In this document: positions 1 to 6,216 of the stretch, piece after piece
Layout of the letters: every line of letters starts with the position of its first letter
Numbering within the stretch: the stretch's first letter is position 1
Origin: Nitrosomonas europaea
Lineage (GTDB): Bacteria > Pseudomonadota > Gammaproteobacteria > Burkholderiales > Nitrosomonadaceae
DNA length: 13,168 bases
Reading direction: 5' to 3'
Assembly (NCBI RefSeq): GCF_900167395.1
Contig: NZ_FUWK01000055.1
Location: 1-13,168, forward strand
Translations under genes and position numbers: made by a program
Notes under the pieces: generated by a model
What the model was told of the DNA's origin: nothing
What the model saw: only the letters and a program-made list of their open reading frames with translations
The model's database searches: none

Positions 1-31
1 TGACGTAGGTTGAAAAAAGTGGAGTCCAACG
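1..31. repeat. Left terminal inverted repeat (IRL) of the IS3-family element
   Basis: IRL is TGACGTAGGTTGAAAAAAGTGGAGTCCAACG. The reverse complement of 1240-1270 is TGACGTAGGTCGTCAACCGTAGAGTCCAACG. By my alignment 25 of 31 positions match, including the outer 10 bp (TGACGTAGGT) and the inner GAGTCCAACG. Confidence 0.85.
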
Positions 32-62
32 TTTCGTAAAATGTGAGGAACGGAGGACAAGG

Positions 63-365
63 ATGGAACGACTCCCGAAAGGGATCTACACGCCGGAATT
101 TCGGGCGGAAGCGGTGAAGCTGGTGGAAGCGGAAGGGCTGTCGGTGGATGCGGCAGCGAAGCGCTTGTTGGTGCCAAAGAGCAGTCTTGGCAATTGGGTG
201 AGGGCATCGCGTACAGGCAGCCTGGCGAAGGTTGGGCAAGGTCAGCGGGTGCCGACGGAAACGGAAATTGAACTGGCGCGACTGCGCAAGGAATTGGCGG
301 AAGTGAAACTGGAGCGTGATCTGCTAAAAAAATGTGCGGCGTATTTCGCGAAGGAGTCGCGGTGA
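63..365 (+). CDS. IS3-family transposase OrfA (helix-turn-helix DNA-binding subunit)
   Basis: This is a 100-aa ORF. A GGAGGA Shine-Dalgarno sequence at 52-57 lies 5 nt upstream of the ATG at 63. The HTH-like segment (YTPEFRAEAVKLV...GLSVDAAAKRLLVPKSSLGNWVR), the leucine-rich coiled segment and the C-terminal LLKKCAAYFAKES are typical of IS3/IS911-type OrfA. Confidence 0.9.
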   Translation: MERLPKGIYTPEFRAEAVKLVEAEGLSVDAAAKRLLVPKSSLGNWVRASRTGSLAKVGQGQRVPTETEIELARLRKELAEVKLERDLLKKCAAYFAKESR

Positions 366-373
366 GATACGCC
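326..373 (+). promoter_or_regulatory. Programmed -1 ribosomal frameshift signal (A7 slippery run plus downstream stem-loop)
   Basis: AAAAAAA at 326-332 is read as CTA AAA AAA in the orfA frame. The outer stem pairs GGCGTAT (338-344) with ATACGCC (367-373). It encloses an inner stem CGCGA (347-351) / TCGCG (357-361) with loop AGGAG. The structure starts 5 nt (333-337) after the slippery run. Confidence 0.75.
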
Positions 374-1237
374 CGGATCGAACAGTTGCGACAGCACCAC
401 GCGGTGGCGGCGATGTGCCGGATTCTGGACGTTTCGGAAAGCGGCTATCACGCTTGGCGCCAACGTCCGCCGTCAGCTCGTCAGCAAGAGAACCTCCGGC
501 TGGAAACCGAGGTCAAGGCCGCGCATCAGCGGACGCGTGAAACCTACGGTCCCCGGCGCCTGCGGTCCGACCTGGCCGATCACGGCATCCAGACGAGCCT
601 CTATCGCATCAAGCGGATACGCAGGAAACTCGGGCTGCGCTGCAAGCAGAAGCGGAAATTCAAGGCGACGACAGATTCGAGGCATGCCCTGCCACTGGCG
701 CCCAATCTTCTCGATCGGCAATTCACCGTGGCGGCCCCCGATCGCGCCTGGGTCAGCGATATCACCTACGTCGCCACCGACGAGGGCTGGCTCTATCTTG
801 CCGGCATCAAGGATTTGTTCAACGGCGAACTGGTCGGCTACGCCATGTCCGAGCGGATGACCACGAGCCTGGTATCGCAAGCGCTCTTTCGCGCCGTCGC
901 CGCCAAGCGGCCAGCAAGGGGGCTGATCCATCATTCAGATCGTGGCAGCCAGTACTGCGCCCACGCTTATCGAAAGCAACTGCAACAATTCGGCATGCAA
1001 GCTTCCATGAGCCGCAAGGGCAATTGTTGGGACAACGCGCCGATGGAGAGTTTCTGGGGTTCCCTGAAAAACGAGTTGGTGCATCACAGGCGCTTTACTA
1101 CGCGCACACAAGCCCGGCAGGAAATCACCGAGTACATTGAAATCTTCTACAACCGAATTCGTAAGCAGGCGAGACTGGGCTATCTGTCGCCGGCACAATT
1201 CACCCAGAAATACCATGCAAAACAGATAGCCGCTTAA
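332..1237 (+). CDS. IS3-family transposase OrfB (rve/DDE integrase core), probably made as an OrfAB fusion (63-1237) by -1 frameshifting
   Basis: This 301-aa ORF is in the -1 frame relative to orfA. The DDE triad context is WVSDITYV, IHHSDRGSQY and DNAPMESFWGSLKNE. The ATG at 332 lies inside the slippery run, so independent initiation is doubtful. Confidence 0.9.
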   Translation: MCGVFREGVAVRYARIEQLRQHHAVAAMCRILDVSESGYHAWRQRPPSARQQENLRLETEVKAAHQRTRETYGPRRLRSDLADHGIQTSLYRIKRIRRKLGLRCKQKRKFKATTDSRHALPLAPNLLDRQFTVAAPDRAWVSDITYVATDEGWLYLAGIKDLFNGELVGYAMSERMTTSLVSQALFRAVAAKRPARGLIHHSDRGSQYCAHAYRKQLQQFGMQASMSRKGNCWDNAPMESFWGSLKNELVHHRRFTTRTQARQEITEYIEIFYNRIRKQARLGYLSPAQFTQKYHAKQIAA

Positions 1238-1239
1238 CC

Positions 1240-1270
1240 CGTTGGACTCTACGGTTGACGACCTACGTCA
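1240..1270. repeat. Right terminal inverted repeat (IRR) of the IS3-family element
   Basis: The plus-strand sequence CGTTGGACTCTACGGTTGACGACCTACGTCA ends in CA at 1270. It is the inverted partner of 1-31. The orfB stop codon TAA (1235-1237) lies 2 nt before it. Confidence 0.85.
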
Positions 1271-1271
1271 G

Positions 1272-1488
1272 ATTATGCGAATAGGAGTTCCGTGGAGTGA
1301 TATACGCCGGATTACGGGGGCTGGAGCAATACCCACCGTCGTTTTATTCGTTGGCGTAACAAAGTATCCGGGAGAAGTTGCTGGAAATCCTGATTGATGA
1401 CCCGGATTATGAATGACTGGTGATTGATGCCAGCCATTGTAAAGTTCATCCACATGCCAGTGGAGCCAGAGGTGGTAATCAGGATAGA
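1272..1488 (+). pseudogene. Decayed, truncated IS5/IS4-superfamily transposase fragment (DUF4096-type N-terminus through the first DDE aspartate region)
   Basis: Recognisable peptide pieces lie in three different + frames. IMRIGVPWSDI is at 1272-1304. PDYGGWSNTHRRFIRWRNK is at 1307-1363. IREKLLEILIDDPDYE*LVIDASHCKVHPHASGARGGNQD is at 1366-1485, with an in-frame TGA (1414-1416) where Trp is expected. Together they match the conserved pattern LRTGxPWRDLPxxYGxWxTxYxRFxRW...EWxxIDSTxxxAHxHAxGAxGG. The N-terminal roughly 40 codons would lie left of the IS3 element. The similarity ends near 1490, so the C-terminal catalytic part is missing. Confidence 0.7.
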
Positions 1489-1658
1489 TCTATTGAACCC
1501 TATCTGACCGAGCAGGTGCGAGTCATTCAAGACATTCCAAGTACAGCTATGGCAACGCACTGACTGAAATTATGATGAATGTGTTACACTACCCAAAGTT
1601 CTACGAAAGCCAGCGGTTAGCCTACCGGTAACTTTATTCTTTAGGGTGATCCACAAGG

Positions 1659-1695
1659 AGCAATTTCAGCGCTGAAAACAATCGAGACAATTGCT
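1659..1695. repeat. Nested inverted repeats in the RND leader (outer 7-bp stem around a perfect 12-bp palindrome)
   Basis: AGCAATT (1659-1665) is complementary to AATTGCT (1689-1695). Between them lies the perfect palindrome TTCAGCGCTGAA (1665-1676). The function is unknown. Confidence 0.5.
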
Positions 1696-1707
1696 GCAAA
1701 ATCCTGT

Positions 1708-1742
1708 GTCCGTAATTCTACGGACTGATACTGGTGTATCAG
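1708..1742. repeat. Two abutting perfect 7-4-7 inverted repeats upstream of the RND operon (candidate operator pair or RNA hairpins; function unknown)
   Basis: GTCCGTA-attc-TACGGAC occupies 1708-1725. It is immediately followed by CTGATAC-tggt-GTATCAG at 1725-1742, and the two share the C at 1725. The pair lies 56-90 bp upstream of the adaptor start codon(s). Confidence 0.5.
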
Positions 1743-1797
1743 ATCAAGTTTCGATATTGAACCTTATCATTCCTCTGATCGTTTTTCGTGATTTACT

Positions 1798-2964
1798 ATG
1801 TGCAGTTCTGCCATGCGCCAGTCGTGCGTATTCATCATTTTCATTGTTCTCTCAATATTCATTGCCGGATGTAATTCCGAATCCGGTACGCCGGTCGAGT
1901 CTCCTCCGCCCGATGTTATGGTTGCAAGCGTGCTGTCGCGTTCCGTGCGAACATGGGATGAATTCAATGGGCGTGTTCGTGCGATCCAGACGGTAGAGTT
2001 GCGTCCTCGCGTCAGTGGCTACATCAATCGCATTGCCTATAAGGAAGGTAGCGAAGTCAAACCCGGCGATCTTCTCTTTGTCATCGATCCCCGTCCGTAC
2101 CGGGATGCACTTCACCGGGCACAGGCAGAACTTGAACGTGCGCGGTCCGCAGCGAGTCTTGCACAAAGCAAGACTGAACATGTGCATGCACTGTTTGCAA
2201 AACAAGCCATATCGCGCGAGGAGTTCAATGGGAGAAAAAACGATTTTAACCAAACGGCTGCCGAGGTTCGTGCAGCGAAAGCTGCTGTAGCCACTGCCAA
2301 ACTCAATCTCAATTTTACCGAGGTTCGTGCACCAATCGCAGGTCGCGTGAGTCGAGCATATTTGACTGCGGGTAATCTTGCCCGGGCTGATCAATCCATG
2401 TTGACAACCCTGGTCTCGCAGGATCCCATGTATGTGTATTTCGACTGTGATGAACATAGTTTTCTGCGCTACAAGAAATTTGCTCTCAAGAACGATCACG
2501 AGAACACTATTTATTCGGTTCGTATCGGTCTGGCTGATGAGGAAGGTTTTCCCCATCACGGAACGGTAGATTTCTTCGACAATCAACTCAATCCCGCAAC
2601 CGGGACAATACGTGTCCGTGCTGTCGTTCCTAATCCAGATCGTTTGCTGACACCGGGTCTTCACGCTCGGGTACAACTGCAAGGCAGCGATGAACTGCCT
2701 GTACTCCTGATCGACGCGAAGGCTATTCTGACCGATCAGGACCGCAAATATGTTTATGTATTAGGGGAGGGTGACAAGGCATTCCGCCGGGATATTACAT
2801 TGGGTCGTCAGATCGATGGTTTGCGTATCGTGCAGTCGGGTCTTGACACAACAGATAAGGTCGTCGTCATTGGTGCGCAGAAGATCTTTCACAACGGGAT
2901 GATCGTAAAACCTCAGCATGTTGCCATGGAAACGCAGGCAACCACTCCTCTTCTCGTTCCATGA
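1798..2964 (+). CDS. Efflux RND transporter periplasmic adaptor subunit (membrane fusion lipoprotein, MexE/AcrA class)
   Basis: The ORF is 388 aa. An N-terminal signal peptide carries the lipobox IAG-C (LSIFIAGCNSE). Biotinyl-lipoyl-like and coiled-coil hairpin motifs are present (VSGYINRIAYKEGSEVKPGDLLFVIDPRPY ... AKLNLNFTEVRAPIAGRVSRA). A more plausible start may be the ATG at 1813 (MRQSCVFIIF...). Neither candidate start has a clear Shine-Dalgarno sequence. Confidence 0.9.
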   Translation: MCSSAMRQSCVFIIFIVLSIFIAGCNSESGTPVESPPPDVMVASVLSRSVRTWDEFNGRVRAIQTVELRPRVSGYINRIAYKEGSEVKPGDLLFVIDPRPYRDALHRAQAELERARSAASLAQSKTEHVHALFAKQAISREEFNGRKNDFNQTAAEVRAAKAAVATAKLNLNFTEVRAPIAGRVSRAYLTAGNLARADQSMLTTLVSQDPMYVYFDCDEHSFLRYKKFALKNDHENTIYSVRIGLADEEGFPHHGTVDFFDNQLNPATGTIRVRAVVPNPDRLLTPGLHARVQLQGSDELPVLLIDAKAILTDQDRKYVYVLGEGDKAFRRDITLGRQIDGLRIVQSGLDTTDKVVVIGAQKIFHNGMIVKPQHVAMETQATTPLLVP

Positions 2965-2989
2965 AGTGTTAAAGTAAAAGCGTACGATC

Positions 2990-5900
2990 ATGGATTTCTC
3001 CAAGTTCTTCATCGACCGTCCCATATTTGCCATCGTTCTCTCGGTGATCATTTTTGCGGCGGGACTGATCGCCATCCCGCTGCTGCCTGCAGGTGAATAT
3101 CCGGAAGTGGTGCCGCCAAGCGTGGTCGTGCGCGCAACATACCCGGGCGCCAATCCCAAAGAGATCGCAGATTCAATCGCCGTTCCGCTGGAAGAAGCGA
3201 TCAACAGCGTTGAAGGGATCATGTATATGAAGTCCGTTGCAGGCTCCGATGGCAGCCTGCAAGTGACGGTTACTTTTATGCCCGGCATCGATCCGGATAC
3301 CGCTGCTGTGCGCGTACAGAACCGTGTCGCCCAGGCCCTGTCCCGTCTGCCTAACGACGTACGCCAGTACGGCGTAACCACACAGAAGCAGTCCCCGACT
3401 CCGCTTATGTACGTGAATCTTTCTTCACCCGATGGTCGATATGACTCGGTCTATCTGCGTAACTATATGACCTTGAATATCAAGGATCAGCTTTCACGCT
3501 TGAAGGGTGTTGGCAACGTCGGATTGTACGGCGAAGGTGATTATGCGATGCGCCTGTGGCTGAATCCGAATGAGCTTGCCGCGCGGGGCCTTACAGCCAG
3601 CGACGTGGTGGATGCTGTTCGTGAACAGAATGTGCAGGTATCCGCGGGGCAATTGGGCGCCGAACCATCACCCCAAGGGGCAGATTTCCTCGTTCCGATC
3701 AATGTGCGCGGGCGGCTTCGCAGTGAACAGGAGTTCGGTGATATCGTACTCAAAAGTGCCGACGATGGCCAATTGGTCCGCTTATCGGATGTAGGTCGCG
3801 TCGAGCTCGGCTCCAGCGATTACACGCTGCATGCCATGATCGATAACAGGGGCAGCACCAGCGCCGGTATTTTTCTGACGCCCAGTGCTAACTCTCTGGA
3901 GGTGGCCAGAACGGTCTATGCCAAGTTTGAAGAACTTGCAGCAAATTTTCCTCCGGGTATCGAGTATCGGGTGGTATGGGATCCTACTGTTTTTGTCCGG
4001 GATTCCATTCGAGCCGTGGGTCAGACACTGATCGAGGCGGTCTTCCTGGTCGTGCTGGTGGTCATTCTCTTTCTGCAGACCTGGCGCGCGTCGATCATTC
4101 CTCTGATTGCGGTGCCGGTCTCGATTATCGGCACGTTCGCCTGGCTGTACCTGCTTGGGTATTCCATCAATACATTGACATTGTTTGGATTGGTCCTGGC
4201 CGTGGGTATTGTCGTCGATGATGCGATTGTCGTCGTGGAAAACGTCGAGCGCTATATTGAAAAAGGCCTGAGCCCTCTCGCAGCGGCACACCAGGCGATG
4301 AAAGAAGTTTCCGGTCCGATCATCGCCATTGCGCTTGTGCTATGCGCCGTATTCGTGCCCATGGCATTCCTGAGCGGTGTCACCGGAGAGTTCTACAAGC
4401 AATTTGCCGTTACCATCGCCATATCCACCATTATTTCTGCGATCAATTCGCTCACCCTGTCGCCGGCATTGGCAGCAAAACTGCTCAAAGGACAGAGTGC
4501 CCCGAAAGATAAACTTACCCGCGTACTTGAGCGTAGTCTGGGATGGCTGTTTCATCCTTTCAACCGCCTGTTTCTCCGCAGCTCCGACAAATATCAAGGC
4601 ACGGTAGCCCGAACGTTGAATCGACGGGGCATCGTATTTGCCGTTTATGCGGGACTATTGCTCGCGACTGTCGTACTATTCCATATCGTACCGACTGGCT
4701 TTATTCCAAATCAGGATAAACTTTATCTTTTCGCTGGCGCCAAATTGCCGGAGGGCGCTTCGCTCGCTCGTACTGATGCCGTTACACGTCAACTCAATGA
4801 CCTTGCTAGTAGTATTGAAGGCGTGGAAATGACCGAAAGCTATGTGGGGATGAATGCATTGCAGTCAGTCAATACGCCCAATCTGGCTGCGTCTTACGTC
4901 ATCCTCAAACCTTTCGATCAACGCCAGCGTTCTGCTGAATCGATCACGGCCGAACTGAATGCCAAGCTGACTGATATCAAGGACGGGCAAGCCTATGCCT
5001 TATTGCCTCCATCCATACAGGGCCTGGGCAACGGGTCGGGCTATTCGCTCTATCTGGTCGATCGGGGAGGGCTGGGGTACGGGGTATTGCAAAACGTCAT
5101 GACACATTTCCAGAATGTGATTGCACAGACGCCAGGCATGACTTTTCCTGTCAGCTCATACCAGGCCAACGTCCCACAGCTCGAGGTCAAGGTAGATCGA
5201 GTCAAAGCCAAAGCTCAGGGAGTAAATCTGACAGACCTCTTCAATACGTTGCAGGTCTATCTGGGTTCTTTCTACATCAATGATTTCAATCTGTATGGTC
5301 GTATCTATCGCGTGATGGCCCAGGCGGATGCGGCTTTTCGCCAGAAAGCTGAAGACATCAACAATCTGTATACGCGCAATAGTCGAGGAGAAATGGTTCC
5401 GCTAGGGTCGATGGTAACGATTCAACATACCTTTGGCCCGGATCCGGTCATTCGCTACAACGGCTACCCCGCAGCTGATCTGATAGGTGACGCTGATCCT
5501 CGCGTACTCTCCTCGGGGCAAGTCATTGCCAAGCTTTCGCAGATCGCTGCAGAGGTTTTGCCTCGCGGTATTACACTGGAATGGACCGATCTGAGCTATC
5601 AGCAGGTCACCCAAGGTAATGCAGCGGCCATCGTATTCCCCTTGTCGATCATGCTGACTTTTCTGGTGCTGGCTGCCCTCTATGAGAGTTGGACGCTACC
5701 CTTGGCGGTCATCCTGATTGTGCCGGTATGTATGTGTGCTGCACTTTTCGGCATTTGGTTCACAGGTGGCGACAATAATATATTCGTCCAGGTGGGACTC
5801 GTCGTATTGATGGGGCTGGCATGCAAGAATGCCATCCTGATCGTTGAATTCGCACGGGAATTGGAGATCCAAGGCAAGGATATTGTCGAAGCTGCTCTGG

Positions 5901-6136
5901 AAGCCTGCCACCTTCGACTGCGGCCGATCGTAATGACTTCGATCGCTTTCATCGCCGGATCTGTTCCCTTGGTATTTAGTTACGGTGCAGGTAGTGAGGT
6001 ACGCTACGCAACCGGTATTACCGTCTTCGCCGGCATGCTCGGAGTAACGTTATTTGGATTGTTTCTTACTCCTGTCTTTTACGTTGCTCTGCGCAAGCTG
6101 GCCCATTTCAACCATCTTAAGTCGCAGGAAGGGTGA
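2990..6136 (+). CDS. Efflux RND transporter permease subunit (HAE1 family, MexF/BepG-like)
   Basis: The ORF is 1048 aa. The N-terminus MDFSKFFIDRPIFA...EYPEVVPPSVVVRATYPGANPKEIA is close to MexF-type pumps. The TM4 proton-relay pair VVDDAIVVVENVER (Asp codons at 4217-4222), the TM10 Lys (ACKNAILIVEFA) and LRLRPIVMTS are all present. The gene starts 25 nt after the adaptor stop, consistent with an operon. Confidence 0.95.
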   Translation: MDFSKFFIDRPIFAIVLSVIIFAAGLIAIPLLPAGEYPEVVPPSVVVRATYPGANPKEIADSIAVPLEEAINSVEGIMYMKSVAGSDGSLQVTVTFMPGIDPDTAAVRVQNRVAQALSRLPNDVRQYGVTTQKQSPTPLMYVNLSSPDGRYDSVYLRNYMTLNIKDQLSRLKGVGNVGLYGEGDYAMRLWLNPNELAARGLTASDVVDAVREQNVQVSAGQLGAEPSPQGADFLVPINVRGRLRSEQEFGDIVLKSADDGQLVRLSDVGRVELGSSDYTLHAMIDNRGSTSAGIFLTPSANSLEVARTVYAKFEELAANFPPGIEYRVVWDPTVFVRDSIRAVGQTLIEAVFLVVLVVILFLQTWRASIIPLIAVPVSIIGTFAWLYLLGYSINTLTLFGLVLAVGIVVDDAIVVVENVERYIEKGLSPLAAAHQAMKEVSGPIIAIALVLCAVFVPMAFLSGVTGEFYKQFAVTIAISTIISAINSLTLSPALAAKLLKGQSAPKDKLTRVLERSLGWLFHPFNRLFLRSSDKYQGTVARTLNRRGIVFAVYAGLLLATVVLFHIVPTGFIPNQDKLYLFAGAKLPEGASLARTDAVTRQLNDLASSIEGVEMTESYVGMNALQSVNTPNLAASYVILKPFDQRQRSAESITAELNAKLTDIKDGQAYALLPPSIQGLGNGSGYSLYLVDRGGLGYGVLQNVMTHFQNVIAQTPGMTFPVSSYQANVPQLEVKVDRVKAKAQGVNLTDLFNTLQVYLGSFYINDFNLYGRIYRVMAQADAAFRQKAEDINNLYTRNSRGEMVPLGSMVTIQHTFGPDPVIRYNGYPAADLIGDADPRVLSSGQVIAKLSQIAAEVLPRGITLEWTDLSYQQVTQGNAAAIVFPLSIMLTFLVLAALYESWTLPLAVILIVPVCMCAALFGIWFTGGDNNIFVQVGLVVLMGLACKNAILIVEFARELEIQGKDIVEAALEACHLRLRPIVMTSIAFIAGSVPLVFSYGAGSEVRYATGITVFAGMLGVTLFGLFLTPVFYVALRKLAHFNHLKSQEG

Positions 6137-6216
6137 TCGCTGATTAAACAGCTTATGTTGACGATCGTGGCCAGGGAGATTTGTGCAACAGTGGGATTGA
6201 AATTTTCAACGAGCGT

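Larger units (their letters stand above)
1..1270 (+). mobile_element. Complete IS3-family insertion sequence (about 1.27 kb)
   Basis: The termini are 5'-TG...CA-3'. Imperfect 31-bp inverted repeats lie at 1-31 and 1240-1270. Two overlapping ORFs (orfA 63-365; orfB 332-1237 in the -1 frame) are joined by an A7 slippery run. OrfB carries the DDE integrase-core triad. The length is typical of IS3-family elements. Confidence 0.9.

Noticed and set aside
334-1216. Several 68-153-aa ORFs in other frames or on the other strand inside the IS3 element
   Set aside because: They all overlap orfA/orfB, which carry the diagnostic motifs. The GC-rich sequence readily yields long off-frame ORFs.
1268-1560. 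Minus-strand ORFs of 61 aa and 82 aa downstream of the IS3 element
   Set aside because: The recognisable protein similarity (IS5-superfamily transposase motifs) is on the plus strand across three frames. The minus-strand ORFs are by-products of that pseudogene.
1585-1640. A possible 3' remnant of the IS5-like transposase (FYESQRLAYR*, faintly like the conserved RYxKxAxxYLA C-terminal motif)
   Set aside because: The resemblance rests on about 4 residues and no flanking motif or inverted repeat is visible. It is too weak to annotate.
1491-1768. A 14-nt direct repeat with one mismatch, TATTGAACCCTATC (1491-1504) and TATTGAACCTTATC (1755-1768), bracketing most of the non-coding leader. I considered it as a target duplication or MITE boundary.
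   Set aside because: My rough estimate is that about a dozen 13/14 matches are expected by chance in a 13-kb window. The enclosed segment has no terminal inverted repeats (start TGACCGAGC... against end ...AAGTTTCGA).
1691-1996. A 101-aa plus-strand ORF beginning in the RND leader and overlapping the adaptor start
   Set aside because: It has a non-ATG start, sits in a different frame from the adaptor, has no motif and overlaps a supported gene. It is not credible as a separate CDS or leader peptide.
1852-2682. A 276-aa ORF antisense to the RND adaptor gene
   Set aside because: It lies entirely within and opposite a gene with strong family motifs. The translation is Cys/Arg/Thr-rich with no recognisable motif, signal or ribosome-binding site. 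It is a typical shadow ORF.
2761-3381. A 206-aa minus-strand ORF spanning the adaptor/permease junction
   Set aside because: It is antisense to two well-supported genes, low-complexity (Ser/Thr/Arg/Gly-rich) and has no motif support. I treat it as a shadow ORF.
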